Part shown: positions 30,597-41,046 of the stretch, piece by piece | Position numbering within the stretch: position 1 is the first letter of the stretch | Layout: the number at the start of each line of letters is the position of its first letter | Assembly (NCBI GenBank): GCA_963806705.1 | Contig: CAWDZE010000008.1 | Span: 104,700 to 168,699, forward strand | Direction: 5' to 3' | Origin: Vicinamibacteria bacterium | GTDB lineage: Bacteria > Acidobacteriota > Vicinamibacteria > Vicinamibacterales > JAENWD01 | Length of the DNA: 64,000 bases | Notes under the pieces: model-generated | Told to the model about the DNA's origin: nothing | Seen by the model: the letters and a program-made list of their open reading frames with translations, nothing else | Database searches by the model: none | Made by a program: the position numbers and the translations under genes

Positions 30597-30794
30597 TCCG
30601 TTCAGCAAGGGTCGAGAGAAGGGCGCCATCCTAGCACGCGCGCTCAGCCAGCTGTGAGTTGTCCCGCTAACTGCTTCTCTGCAGGCCATTTGGCCTGCGA
30701 TGTTCGTACGAGGCAGTTATGACCGGCAGGTCATTGAGGTAGCCGGGGCCAACGCTCAGCGTGCACGCACATCCGCCAACCCGGAGGTGCGTGC

Positions 30795-31262
30795 ATGCTG
30801 CGTGGTCTTGTTGGTCGACGTGCTCTCGGATTGTTCCTGGTCGCGGCGGCTCTCCTCGGATTGTCACCCGTTGGGGCCCACGCCAGCCCCTACGATGAGG
30901 CCATCGCGCGAGCGCTTCGCTTGCTACCGCGACAACCGGAAAAGATCGTGTTGGTCGAACGGCCGAACGCCACTCGCCTGGATGAAGGCAAGCCGAACGT
31001 GGAGGCGTTCATCAATCAAGGAGGTCGGATCGTCTACCTGGTGCGGCAGGGCGCCACCCTTCAGGGAGCGTTGAAAGGGCCAGGAGTCTTCGACTACGCG
31101 CTGGCCGCCATCATCTGGCATGAGATGGCTCACATCGATGGCGCCGATGAGCCGGCAGCTCGGCGGGCGGAAGAACAGCTGTGGAAGGAGTTCATCCTCG
31201 CGCGCCGTGTGGACAGCCGCCAGGGCATGAGGTACCTGGCGTTGCTACAGAACCGGCGCTGA
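30795..31262 (+). CDS. Exported hypothetical protein with HExxH motif
   Basis: GGAGGT RBS, signal peptide, IIWHEMAHIDG. Confidence 0.7.
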   Translation: MLRGLVGRRALGLFLVAAALLGLSPVGAHASPYDEAIARALRLLPRQPEKIVLVERPNATRLDEGKPNVEAFINQGGRIVYLVRQGATLQGALKGPGVFDYALAAIIWHEMAHIDGADEPAARRAEEQLWKEFILARRVDSRQGMRYLALLQNRR

Positions 31263-31507
31263 TCTGATCGGCTGTGTCAGTCGCACGCAGTGCGCCCCCC
31301 AACGTGGAAGCGCTTGCGTTCATTGCTCGTCATTCAGAGGCAATGTCGGACCGCTCGCAATAAGCCACCGCACAGAGGGACGTCGGGCCAAAGGGCAGCC
31401 CATCCCGACTCAGACTGGTGCTCGTAGTTGGAAGTGTGCCGAGTCGGCTTTTGGCGATTATCTACCGGCCGTCCTGGCGATGGCCTAATATGGGTGCTGG
31501 AGCAAGT

Positions 31508-31714
31508 ATGCAGGACCATTTTGAATTGCAAAAGGTCGCTGATGGCAGCAGGGGTGAACGGTTCATCATCCTTATCGAAGGCGTCGGCAGGTTCACTGAG
31601 TCCTCGAAACCGTTGACTGAATCCGACTCGCGCAGGGTCCTTCACAAGTTGGGCCACCCTGCCGCCGTCATCGAGTCTATGGTTGACCGCGCCAAAGCGG
31701 CCCAGCCAAAGTAG
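31508..31714 (+). CDS. Small hypothetical protein
   Basis: GGAG RBS before MQDHFELQK; 68 aa. Confidence 0.45.
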   Translation: MQDHFELQKVADGSRGERFIILIEGVGRFTESSKPLTESDSRRVLHKLGHPAAVIESMVDRAKAAQPK

Positions 31715-32005
31715 GCGGTAATTGCCCGTTCGGCGAACTCATCACTTCTCGAAGACCGTATCCCCGATAGACACGGCCTCTTGCCGGGTACCCAGACTAC
31801 ATTGGTAAACGGTAGGCGTTACCCGTTATCTATCCTTTAGAGAAGCTGACATTGTAGGTTTTTCCTCGTAATGTCGCGCGGGATGCCATTGTCGTTCGCA
31901 GCGTTGAAGATAGGGATAGATATCAAGCCCCGTGACGGGCGCGGTCGTGTTACTCCGGCGATGGCCGTCTTGGATGCAAGTGCAAGCGGACGTTGACGCT
32001 CGGAT

Positions 32006-32845
32006 TCAATGGGAAGGATCGGACCGCACTGGGATCGATGCCGAGGCCTCGTCTTCGCGAACCGATTCGGCCGCTTGCACTGACGACCTCGATGGTGAAA
32101 CAGCGGCCGCAGTCGCTTCATCAAGCGGACGATTCGCGCGGACGGTTCGAAGCTGGGATTCATCCGTCAGATCGAGCCGGAGGGGAGTGAGGGAAACCCA
32201 GCCTTGTTCGGCGGCCCATCGATCGGTGCCTTCTTCGGCGCCCTCGATGGGACTCACAGTGAACCAGAACAGTTCGCGCCCGAGCGGGTGCTTCGTCGGA
32301 ACAATCTGGCCGTCGTAACGGCGTACGGACGCGCGCGTCCACACCAGACCTCTTGGCTCGCGCGGGAAATTCACGTTCACAAGCGGCAGACTCGACTCCG
32401 CCAAAAGTATCTCGAGCACTCGCCGGATCCACGGCTTGAGGTACCCGTAATCAGGTTCCACTCCCGCCGGAGCGCTCAGCGCCACGCCGCGCACTCCGAG
32501 CAGCGCCGCCTGTTTCGCGGCGGCGAGCGTGCCGGAGTGCCAGATGGAATTGCCGAGATTCAACCCGATGTTGAGGCCCGACAGCACCACCTCCACGTGC
32601 TCCCAGTGATACACGCCCAGCGCCACGCAGTCGGCTGGTGTCCCGTTGACGCGAAAGGCGTCGAGATTGCCGATGCGTGTCCGTCGATACGACAGGGGGC
32701 GTGTGGCGGTAATTGCGTGCCCCATCGAAGATTGCTCCACGTCAGGCGCAACCACACGCACGGTGCCGAACTCTGACGCCACCTCGGCAAGCACCGCGAG
32801 GCCAGGGCTGTAGATCCCGTCATCGTTCGAGACGAGGATGCGCAT
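32006..32845 (-). CDS. surE: 5'/3'-nucleotidase SurE
   Basis: ILVSNDDGIYSPGL, VNGTPADCV, SGLNIGLNLG..HSGT. Confidence 0.95.
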   Translation of the reverse strand: MRILVSNDDGIYSPGLAVLAEVASEFGTVRVVAPDVEQSSMGHAITATRPLSYRRTRIGNLDAFRVNGTPADCVALGVYHWEHVEVVLSGLNIGLNLGNSIWHSGTLAAAKQAALLGVRGVALSAPAGVEPDYGYLKPWIRRVLEILLAESSLPLVNVNFPREPRGLVWTRASVRRYDGQIVPTKHPLGRELFWFTVSPIEGAEEGTDRWAAEQGWVSLTPLRLDLTDESQLRTVRANRPLDEATAAAVSPSRSSVQAAESVREDEASASIPVRSDPSH

Positions 32846-32913
32846 AATCCACCCCGTTATGCAAACCGTCGGCCGAATTCAGAATCGGCACAACTCTTGT
32901 AGAGGCTTCCTGC

Positions 32914-33783
32914 GTGAGAGTATCGCTCTTCTTCAACAAGAATGCGGGCGACGGCGTGACGCTCGACCATATTCGCGACGCTATTGAGCAGCGTGGCCAC
33001 GAGTTGGTTCGCGTCATCGAAAACCGCACCAATATGGAGCGATTGCTCGAGGAGCGTCCCGACATCGTTGTCGCGGCGGGAGGCGACGGCACCATCGCTC
33101 ATGTCGCGCGCCTGCTCGCGCACCGGGGAATTCCGCTTGCGATCCTGCCGCTCGGTACGGCAAACAACATCGCGAAGAGCGTTGGGATCACGGCCTCGAT
33201 CGAGGATGTCATTGGTGGCTGGGAGTCGGCCGGGCGCCTGCCGCTCGACCTTGGCGTTGCGGAGGGCGTCTGGGGCCGGAGGCACTTCGTGGAAGCGGTC
33301 GGGGGCGGGCTGATTCCCACCGCGATTGCCCACATGAAAACGCGAACCGATCAGGATGTTCCCGCACGTTCGAAAGTGGCCGGAGCAGTTCGAGCGTTCA
33401 GAGAGCTGCTATCGCGGCTCCAGCCGGGCGAATGGACGATCGTCGCGGACGGTGCTCGAACGACTGGCGAGTTTCTTCTCGTCGAGGTCCTCAATATCCG
33501 CTCGATCGGCCCAAATCTCGTGCTTTCGGCCGACGCAACCCCGCTCGACGGTCTGTTCCAGGTGGTTATGGCGGGCGAGGAACACCGTGAAGAAATCGCC
33601 CGTTACCTGGAGGACTTACTCGAGGGACGCGACCACCCGCCGCCACTGACATCGCAGTGCGCCCGGCAGGTGACGCTTCAGGGCACGACGGATATCCATG
33701 TGGATGACCAGGTTCTTTTAGCCTCGGCTCACCGAACGGTTTCGATTCGCGTGGAAGCGGGAGCCTTGGAACTCTTGGCATGA
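32914..33783 (+). CDS. Diacylglycerol kinase family lipid kinase
   Basis: AAGGDGTI, LPLGTANNIA, DGLF, IHVDD. Confidence 0.9.
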   Translation: MRVSLFFNKNAGDGVTLDHIRDAIEQRGHELVRVIENRTNMERLLEERPDIVVAAGGDGTIAHVARLLAHRGIPLAILPLGTANNIAKSVGITASIEDVIGGWESAGRLPLDLGVAEGVWGRRHFVEAVGGGLIPTAIAHMKTRTDQDVPARSKVAGAVRAFRELLSRLQPGEWTIVADGARTTGEFLLVEVLNIRSIGPNLVLSADATPLDGLFQVVMAGEEHREEIARYLEDLLEGRDHPPPLTSQCARQVTLQGTTDIHVDDQVLLASAHRTVSIRVEAGALELLA

Positions 33784-34003
33784 GGTGCCGTAGTTCCCGC
33801 GTTGCACACGTCGGCAGACCCACGTAGTTGCTGTTCCCGACGCGGTTCTGGAGGCCGGATGTGCCGACGGCCGGAAGGGCCCGGTACCGCGCGAAACCAG
33901 TCATCCGGGCCCCGGTTAGGTGCTGCCGTGCATTTACTCTTCTTTTCACACGGCCGCGCTTGAAGATCCGCGCGCGGCCCGCTAGCCTGGATGAACGAAC
34001 ACG

Positions 34004-34429
34004 ATGAAACAGAAGGAGGCTATCGTGGCGACAACGCAAGAAGCTGTGCAGATCAGCGCTATCGTTCCCACTTTGACTGTCGACGATTTGCAAAAGAGCA
34101 TCACCTTTTACGAGGCGCTGGGCTTCGCGATCGACGAGCGGTGGGAAGAGAAAGGGACGCTGCTCGGCGTGATGCTGCGAGCGGGCAGGACCCAGATCGG
34201 CTTGAACCAGGACGATTGGAAGAAGGGCCGCGACCGCAAGAAGGGAATCGGCGTGCGCCTGTCCATCTCGACGACGCCGGGTAACGTCGACGAGATCGCC
34301 AAGCGGGCCAGGGCCGCTGGCATCACCCTCAAGTCGGACCCTCACGACACGGAGTGGAAGAGCCGTGCGTTCGAGGTCGGCGATCCGAGCGGTTTCCTGC
34401 TGACGATCTTTTCGGAGACATCCGAATAG
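34004..34429 (+). CDS. VOC/glyoxalase family protein
   Basis: LTVDDLQKSITFYEALGF...DPSGFLLTI. Confidence 0.9.
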   Translation: MKQKEAIVATTQEAVQISAIVPTLTVDDLQKSITFYEALGFAIDERWEEKGTLLGVMLRAGRTQIGLNQDDWKKGRDRKKGIGVRLSISTTPGNVDEIAKRARAAGITLKSDPHDTEWKSRAFEVGDPSGFLLTIFSETSE

Positions 34430-34443
34430 GCCCGAGAGGACAC

Positions 34444-34560
34444 ATGCGGAAAATCATCGTCGGCGCCCAGGTTTCCATGGACGGCGTCATGCAGGCGCCA
34501 GGCGGACCGACCGAGGATCCGACCAAGGGTTTCAAGTTCGGCGGCTGGGTGATGCCCTAT
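34444..34560 (+). pseudogene. N-terminal remnant of a dihydrofolate reductase/RibD-C family gene
   Basis: GAGG RBS; MRKIIVGAQVSMDGVMQAPGGPTEDP..GFKFGGW, then truncated by the convergent SnoaL gene. Confidence 0.8.
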
Positions 34561-34583
34561 TGCGAGCGCGTCGCGCGAGTGCC

Positions 34584-34946
34584 TCAAGGTAACTGGTCGA
34601 AAAAGAGATAGACGGCGGCAATCCGGCCGTCCCGGGCAATGATGAAATCAGTCCCGGCGTACGCTGGCGCCTCACCAGGACGGCCCGAGACCCACCGGAC
34701 CCGCCCGCCATTGGCCAAATCCTCGGGCGGGCCAATCGGCTGATATCGAAAGTCGGGGTGCGTTGCCTTGATCGCGCCAGCGACGCGATCGATTTCGTCG
34801 CGGCCACGGTAGACGCCCCTGGGCTCGTGGAACACGCAATCTTCGGTGTAGATCTGGTCGATGGCCGCGCGCCGACGCGCGGGATCGTTTTCACCGAAGA
34901 CGTCATCAAGATTACGGGTCAACAAGGTCGATATGGTGTAGGACAC
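34584..34946 (-). CDS. SnoaL-like (NTF2 fold) protein
   Basis: DVFGENDPARRRAAI, GTDFIIARDGRIAAVYLF. Confidence 0.9.
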   Translation of the reverse strand: MSYTISTLLTRNLDDVFGENDPARRRAAIDQIYTEDCVFHEPRGVYRGRDEIDRVAGAIKATHPDFRYQPIGPPEDLANGGRVRWVSGRPGEAPAYAGTDFIIARDGRIAAVYLFFDQLP

Positions 34947-35072
34947 AGCGTGTCTCCTCTCCGCATTGGGAAACGTGCGGCGAGCGCATTGGGCAAACCG
35001 CGGACCCGCCCACGAGACGACGGGGCGGGTTTCGGTGCGCGCAGGCCACGGACCCGTCCCGCAGAATGGTGG

Positions 35073-35963
35073 TCATCCCCGGAACACGGGCGTTGAGCCC
35101 GATGCCGTACGCCGATCGCCTCTCGCGTCCAAGCGCTCCTTGAGTTCACGGATCTGCCGCTCGCCCGCCGCGAGAGCGTCAGCGGACGTGTGGACGGAGT
35201 AGGCGCCCAGGTGCAACTCGTACGGGTGCGGCACTGCAGAGCCCAGGACGAAGGTTGCGCCAGTGCCTTCCGCTCCCTCAAACCCGATAGGTGCCTCGCC
35301 TGGCTCGAAGATCACGAGTTCACCGTTCGACAGCCGCTCGTTGCCGCTGAGCGTGCCCGCGCTAACCGCGACCCACGCAACTGTGTGACCCACAGGAGGT
35401 TCATACGTCCACGGCTCACTGGGCTTGAGCGTGACCAACACGTAGTTGATCCCGCGTGGAGCCCGCACCTGGCTCGTCGCGGTTTTGTACGTACCGACGA
35501 TGAGGCGTGCCGGACCAATGCTTGGCACCAGCTCGGGGCCGAGGTATTGGGCTTCTGGATCGGCGCATTCCAGTTCAGGCGGAAGGGCGATCCATAGCTG
35601 AAAGCCCTGCACCATCGGCGATGATCCAACGGAAAGCTCTTTGCCGTGCCACATACCGATTCCGGCACGCGCCCATTCCAGGCCGCCGTAGCCGATCGTG
35701 CCGTGTCCCGCGATCGGGTCGTCGAAGGTCACGTCGCCTTGGGTAAACACCGTCATCGTCGCGATTCCCGAATGTGGATGCACGGGCATACTTCCCGCCA
35801 ACGCTCGCATGTCCGCCTCGAACAGGTCGAGAAAGACAAACGGCTTGAGCTGCTCGCCCAGATCCGATGGGCTCATCAAACGAGTGATCGGACCATGGCG
35901 ATATCCGCGGGTGCGATGAACGACTTTTCGGTTCTGGATTTGAACTGACGTTGATGATTTCAC
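35073..35963 (-). CDS. Pirin family protein
   Basis: KPFVFLD, HPHSGIAT, GMWHGKE, GFQLWIALP. Confidence 0.92.
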   Translation of the reverse strand: MKSSTSVQIQNRKVVHRTRGYRHGPITRLMSPSDLGEQLKPFVFLDLFEADMRALAGSMPVHPHSGIATMTVFTQGDVTFDDPIAGHGTIGYGGLEWARAGIGMWHGKELSVGSSPMVQGFQLWIALPPELECADPEAQYLGPELVPSIGPARLIVGTYKTATSQVRAPRGINYVLVTLKPSEPWTYEPPVGHTVAWVAVSAGTLSGNERLSNGELVIFEPGEAPIGFEGAEGTGATFVLGSAVPHPYELHLGAYSVHTSADALAAGERQIRELKERLDARGDRRTASGSTPVFRG

Positions 35964-35997
35964 GGCTTCCCCCTATATGCGTGCAACATTCAGATCG

Positions 35998-36410
35998 TCA
36001 GCGGACGATCGGCTGTACGCCGAGCAGTTGATGCCGGCGAGCCCAGACGACGCCTGCTGACCCGAGCAGCAGGATCGCCGGCATCGCAGGCGAGCCTCCG
36101 ACGATGAAGAGGTGTGTTGCGACCGCACCGACCATCGTCGCCACGAGTGCCAAGGCGCCGAACACCGCGATCGAGGGCACGAGCAGCGCAAGCGCCGAAC
36201 CGACCTCGATGAAGCCGGTGAGGTAGCGGAACCACTGACCGATGCCGATGGCATCGAAGAGTCCCACCATCGCGGGGGCGCCTAGGAGCTTCGAGCTGCC
36301 GGCGAGCAAAAACATTCCGGCGAGCGCGATCTGGACAACCCAGAGAACAATGAGTCCACTGCGACCGCTGCGGACCGGCGATGTCTGCGTCAGTGATGGT
36401 GCGAGAGACA
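35998..36410 (-). CDS. DoxX family membrane protein
   Basis: GSSKL..MVGLF..QWFRYLTGFIEV..MVGAVATH; start could be 36429. Confidence 0.88.
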
Positions 36411-36430
36411 TGAGCAACCTCCCTTTCATA

Positions 36431-36452
36431 AATAGTTAGAAATCTAACTATT
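36431..36452. promoter_or_regulatory. Palindromic operator upstream of doxX (likely MarR site)
   Basis: AATAGTTAGA-AA-TCTAACTATT, a perfect 10-bp inverted repeat. Confidence 0.75.
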
Positions 36453-36478
36453 CAGCCAATTTTTTTTGAGGCTCGGCC

Positions 36479-36976
36479 TCAGTCGTCCTCCGTGACCCGT
36501 TCGCCGGTGGCGCGGCGAGCATGGAGGCTGAGCGCGCGCAGCAGTCGACTCGCGTCGCGCTTCTGCGAAACCGACAGACCCGCCATGACGTGACGAAGCC
36601 GCTCCACGTGCGCTGGAAAGACCTCGTCGATCAACGCTCGTCCTTTCGCGGTGAGCTCGCCGAACACCACACGCTGATCCTCGGTGCACGCTCGCCGCCG
36701 CATCAAGCCACGTTCCTCGAGCTTCTTCACGACATACGTCGTACTCGCGCCCGTCAGCAGAATCCTGTCGCGAATCTCACCAAGTGGCAGGGCGCCCTTG
36801 TGGTACAGCGCCTCCAGCACGGCGAACTCGGTCAAGCTCAGTCCGCATTCAACCAGATGCGGTCGCACCCCTCGCTCGATCGCTTGAAGAGCGCGCCCAA
36901 GAGCGATGATCAACTGCAGCGTCGCAGCCCGATCGCCGTCGGTGTTGGGGGCAAGCGGCTGTCCGGCTTTCGTCAC
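36479..36976 (-). CDS. MarR family transcriptional regulator
   Basis: GLSLTEFAVLEAL, TYVVKKLEERGL, DQRVVFGELTAKG; GTG start chosen at 36976. Confidence 0.92.
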   Translation of the reverse strand: MTKAGQPLAPNTDGDRAATLQLIIALGRALQAIERGVRPHLVECGLSLTEFAVLEALYHKGALPLGEIRDRILLTGASTTYVVKKLEERGLMRRRACTEDQRVVFGELTAKGRALIDEVFPAHVERLRHVMAGLSVSQKRDASRLLRALSLHARRATGERVTEDD

Positions 36977-36978
36977 AA

Positions 36979-36996
36979 TATTTAGAATTCTAAATA
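36979..36996. promoter_or_regulatory. Second palindromic operator, at the marR start
   Basis: TATTTAGA-AT-TCTAAATA; same TAnTTAGA-N2-TCTAAnTA core as 36431. Confidence 0.75.
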
Positions 36997-37182
36997 AAGT
37001 CGCGCAGGTCGTCAACCCCAGCTAAAGGCACCTGCCACCGTTCGGGCCAAGTCGTCGGCGCGTTGGATTTGCCAGGAAAATCAAGCGGTGTCCGCGAGAC
37101 GGGTTTTCTGTTTACAAACCACCCAGGCGGCCTCACGGATGAGCCAGTTGCGGACGTCGTCCAGTGCGGCGAGCCATTCCCT

Positions 37183-37285
37183 CCCAAGTCATAGTGCCTG
37201 AAGGTGACAAGCCGGATCTGGTCGTCGACCTGCTTCACGCCGACTTTCTGTCCGCAAACACGGGGCTCACGTTGATCTTCGCGCC
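37183..37285 (-). mobile_element. IS481-family transposase C-terminal remnant
   Basis: KINVSPVFA/QKVGVKQVDDQIRLVTFRHYDLG resembles IS481 transposase C-termini (recognised from memory). Confidence 0.6.
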
Positions 37286-37432
37286 TAAAACAGATTCGCC
37301 GCGCAGGTCGTACTCATGTCCACGCCCTTGCGCTCTTGAACGGCGCGGCGTGAGATCGAACCTTGAAATGAACACACTGTTTCCCAGTCACACAGGAGGG
37401 AGCTATCCGGTCCAATTTTATGGGAGGCACGC

Positions 37433-38050
37433 ATGCGGCTCTTGATCCTCGGCGCCAACGGCAAGACGGGGACACAACTCGTCGATCTCGCCCTCGCCCG
37501 TGACCACGAAGTCACCGCGTTCGTACGCTCTCCCGCCAGGGTCACGCGCCGCCATCCGCTGTTGAAGGTGTTTCCAGGTGATCCTTGCAGCGCCGATGAG
37601 CTGGCGGACGCGCTTCCAGGGCAGGACGTCGTGCTCTCCGCTCTGGGCGTTCGGCCGCCGCACGCGTTCCGCCCGCACACCGTGATCCAGGACTGTGCGG
37701 CCAGCACCGTCGCCGCGATGACGAGAGCCGGGGTGGAGCGGCTCGTGCTGGTCTCGGCCGCGGTCCTGTTTCCGGAGAAGGGCGTTCGCTTCGCATTCTT
37801 CCGCTGGCTGCTCACGCAGGTGAGGCGCGATTTGGAGGCGGCCGAACAGATCGTGCGCGCCACGTCACTCGAATGGACGATCGCCAGGCCGCCACGTCTG
37901 ATCCACACTTCCGATGAGGCGTATCGCGCAACGCGGGACGCGCTTCCGAGCGGCGCCTTCTCGATGTCGTTCCGCGCAGTTGCCGCCTTTATGCTCGACA
38001 CAGTGGAGCATCGTACGCACGTGCACCAGATCGTCGGCCTGGCCAGCTGA
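37433..38050 (+). CDS. NAD(P)H-binding flavin reductase-like (BVR-B/YwnB) oxidoreductase
   Basis: ILGANGKTG, DVVLSALG, EWTIARPPRL. Confidence 0.9.
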   Translation: MRLLILGANGKTGTQLVDLALARDHEVTAFVRSPARVTRRHPLLKVFPGDPCSADELADALPGQDVVLSALGVRPPHAFRPHTVIQDCAASTVAAMTRAGVERLVLVSAAVLFPEKGVRFAFFRWLLTQVRRDLEAAEQIVRATSLEWTIARPPRLIHTSDEAYRATRDALPSGAFSMSFRAVAAFMLDTVEHRTHVHQIVGLAS

Positions 38051-38094
38051 AGGATACTGGCCCATATCGGTATCCGCATGAAGGTGACGCCATC

Positions 38095-38994
38095 GTGAGG
38101 GTGAAGGAGCGGGCGACAGAAGATCTCGCGGTCTTCGAGTCCCACCGGCCGGCGCTGGTGGCGCTCGCCTATCGCATGCTCGGAGACGTGGGCCGCGCGC
38201 AGGACATGGTGCAGGAGGCGTGGCTGCGCTGGCACGGCCGCGACGTGGAGGTGGAGTCACCGAAAGCGTTCCTGGTGACTGTCGTGACGCGCCTCTGCCT
38301 GAACGAGCTCGGCTCGGCGCGGGCTCGACGCGAGGAGAGCCGCAGCGATCGGTTACCGGAGCCGGTGAACCTCGAGCAGGGCGGAATGTCGCGCCTGGAG
38401 GATCTCGAGCAGCTCTCCATGGCCATGCTTGTGGTCCTGGAGCGGCTCTCGCCCGCCGAGCGAGCCGTTCTCCTGCTCCACGACGTGTTCGATTTTCGCC
38501 ACGAGGAGATCGCCGAGCTCGTCTCGCGGAGCGCTGCCGCTTGCCGGAAGCTGCTCGAGCGCGCCCGTCAGAGGATCAATGCTGGCCGGCGCCTCGTCAC
38601 CGCATCTCGCGAGGAGCATCAGCGCCTGCTGGATGCCTTCTTGCGCGCGGCCTCTGACGGCGACGTCGCGGCTCTCACGGACCTGCTCGCCGCCGACGCC
38701 GTCTTGATCACGGACGGCGGAGCCGACGGCCGCATTTTCCGAGGCATCCGCAACCTCCGGCGGCCGCTCGAGGGCGCGGCGCACGTGGCCGCTTTCGTGG
38801 CCGCGACGTCCCGCCGCGCCGAGCTCGAGGTCGAACAACGGGAGCTCAACGGGCAGCCCGCGCTGGTCTTCTATCGCGACCGGAATCCCTTCGCCGCTGT
38901 CACCCTGGCGGTTGCCGACGGCAAGATCCATCGCGTCTTCTTCCACGCCGACGCGACCCGCCTTCGGAATCTCGGCGGCAGCGTCCCCCGTTGA
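38095..38994 (+). CDS. ECF sigma factor, SigJ/ECF41 type with SnoaL extension
   Basis: ALAYRMLG..DMVQEAWLRW, LPEPV, ERLSPAERAV, TDGG, ELNGQP. Confidence 0.92.
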   Translation: MRVKERATEDLAVFESHRPALVALAYRMLGDVGRAQDMVQEAWLRWHGRDVEVESPKAFLVTVVTRLCLNELGSARARREESRSDRLPEPVNLEQGGMSRLEDLEQLSMAMLVVLERLSPAERAVLLLHDVFDFRHEEIAELVSRSAAACRKLLERARQRINAGRRLVTASREEHQRLLDAFLRAASDGDVAALTDLLAADAVLITDGGADGRIFRGIRNLRRPLEGAAHVAAFVAATSRRAELEVEQRELNGQPALVFYRDRNPFAAVTLAVADGKIHRVFFHADATRLRNLGGSVPR

Positions 38995-39064
38995 TGACGC
39001 AGGTGCGTGGGGCGACGTGAGAGCGGTCACACCCAGAGGGGCTGTCCGGTCAATCCTGTAGGAG

Positions 39065-39544
39065 GTGGCATCCACCATGGTCACGAGGATTGAAAAAGAT
39101 CGGGCGATCTACTGGGCGACGACGGGCATGGTCCTTCTCGTCATGGTTTACAGCATCATCACGTTTACGTTCTTCGATCGGGCGCTCTACCCGGAGGGCG
39201 CCTTCGTCCATTTGCAACTGCCGAACTACTTCAGAATTGAACTCACCGTCGCAAAGACCTTGGGGGTGTTGGCGCTGTTGATTCCGAGCGTCCCGCTCAA
39301 GGTGAAGGAGTTCGCCTACTTCGGCTTTGCCATCACGCTGGTCTCCGCCAGCATCGCGCATTTCTCGGTCGGGGACGCCGGAAGGCCTCCTTTGTACGCC
39401 TTCTACATCGTCGATCCGTTGATCTTCCTGGGTATGCTCATTGTTTCCTATCGGTACTTCCACAAGCTGAGAAAGCAGTCGTCTGCAAGGCCCGTGAAGT
39501 CCGACGCCGCCGAACAAGGAGTGGCTCGTGAGGTTCTCGCCTAG
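39065..39544 (+). CDS. DoxX-like (DoxX_2) membrane protein
   Basis: YWATT, HLQLPNYFRIELTVAK, KEFAYFGF, SASIAH. Confidence 0.88.
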   Translation: MASTMVTRIEKDRAIYWATTGMVLLVMVYSIITFTFFDRALYPEGAFVHLQLPNYFRIELTVAKTLGVLALLIPSVPLKVKEFAYFGFAITLVSASIAHFSVGDAGRPPLYAFYIVDPLIFLGMLIVSYRYFHKLRKQSSARPVKSDAAEQGVAREVLA

Positions 39545-39789
39545 CCCAGGTGAAATCGAGAGGAAGCCACTCGACTCAGGCGATGAGGCACCGCGGCAGG
39601 CAGCAGAGACGCGAACTTCAGTCTGTGCTACGGATGAGCCATGGTCGACATCCCGGCCGCTCCCGGCCAGCCGCCAGGACGAGAGGGGATGAAGCATCTC
39701 ATCGTGCAACTGACGACTCGGATAAGCTGCCGAGGGCGACTCAGTCCTCGACCGAGGTGGGCCAACTTCATTCCATAGGGCCGACGTCC

Positions 39790-40763
39790 ATGAACAAGAT
39801 CGCGCTCTTTGGTGCCGGCGGGGCGATCGGCCACAGCATCGCGAAGGCGGTCAGCGCCAAAGGTGCACCATACCGAGTGGTCGGCCGATCGCGAGATGCG
39901 CTGGCGGCAGCCTTCGGCGCGGATTCGCTCGCCGAGATCGTGACCTGGAATCCAGACGATGCGGCGTCCGTCAAGCAGCGGCGACCGGCGTTGATGCGAT
40001 TGTCTACCTCGTGGGCGTGAACTACTGGCAATTCGAGCTCCATCCGCGCTTGATGAAACAGACGCTTGACGGCGCGATCGCCGCTGGCGTGAATCGCATC
40101 GTGCTAATCGGCACGGTCTATCCGTATGGGCGGCCGCGAACGCGGCCGGTTCGCGAAGACCATCCCCGCGAGCCGCATACCTTCAAAGGGCGCATGCGCA
40201 AGGCGCAGGAGGATCTGCTGCTCGCCGCGCATGCTGAGGGGAAGATCCAGGCGACCGTCCTGCGCCTGCCCGATTTCTACGGTCCCGGCGTCGACAAGAG
40301 CTTCCTGCATTCCGCGTTTACTGCCGCGGTGAACGGCGGCGTTGCGAACATGGTGGGTCCTCTCGATACGCCGCACGAGTTCGTCTTCGTGCCGGACGTA
40401 GGCCCCGTCGTCGCCCAACTGACGTTCACGCCGACCGCATATGGACGCGTGTGGCACCTCGCCGGAGCCGGCGTGACGACGCAGCAGGCGATCGTCGAGG
40501 AAATCCAGCGTCAGATCGCACATCGGCTGCGCGTGCGTGTCGCCGGAAAGACGATGCTGCGGCTGCTCGGTCTATTCAACCCGTTGATGCGCGAAATGGT
40601 CGAAATGCACTATCTCCTCACCGATCCCGTCTTGATGGACGACAGCGCCTTGCAAGAGCTGCTCGGCCAGATACACAAAACGCCGTATTCGGACGGTGTC
40701 CGGAAATGCCTGGCGGCTATTCGCGCCACCCCAACCCAAGGCCCGTCTGCTCCGCGCCGGTGA
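39790..40763 (+). CDS. NAD-dependent epimerase/dehydratase; frameshift near 39980
   Basis: ALFGAGGAIG in ORF 39550, continuing as VYPYG..KGRMR..RLPDFYGP in ORF 40011. Confidence 0.85.
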
Positions 40764-40847
40764 TTCGTGCGGTGTTGGACGCCTGTTGGACGAGCCTATC
40801 CTCGGAGGCAGGGAGCGCTGAAGATCGGCCCTTTTTCGTAGGATTTC

Positions 40848-40893
40848 TGGAACCGGCGCGCGGGCTCGAACCCCGGACCTGCTGATTTACGAA
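40848..40893 (-). mobile_element. 3' fragment of tRNA-Thr(CGT); att-site scar
   Basis: Reverse complement reads TTCGTAAATCAGCAGGTCCGGGGTTCGAGCCCGCGCGCCGGTTCCA (anticodon loop through T-arm to CCA); the 5' half is absent. Confidence 0.7.
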
Positions 40894-41046
40894 CCGTCAG
40901 CAGGGCAGACGCGGTGGTATCCGGTGGACACTACTGGACGATTTACTGAGCAAATCCGTGCATCAGCGTCCAGCCCTCCGATGGTTTCTGGCGGCTTGGG
41001 TGTCGGATTGGGCGTCAGGCACTCTGCGGTCGTATTATTCGGGTCC

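Noticed and set aside
40848..40893. Functional tRNA-Thr
   Set aside because: Lacks the D-arm and 5' acceptor strand and has an extra base near the anticodon; treated as an att scar.
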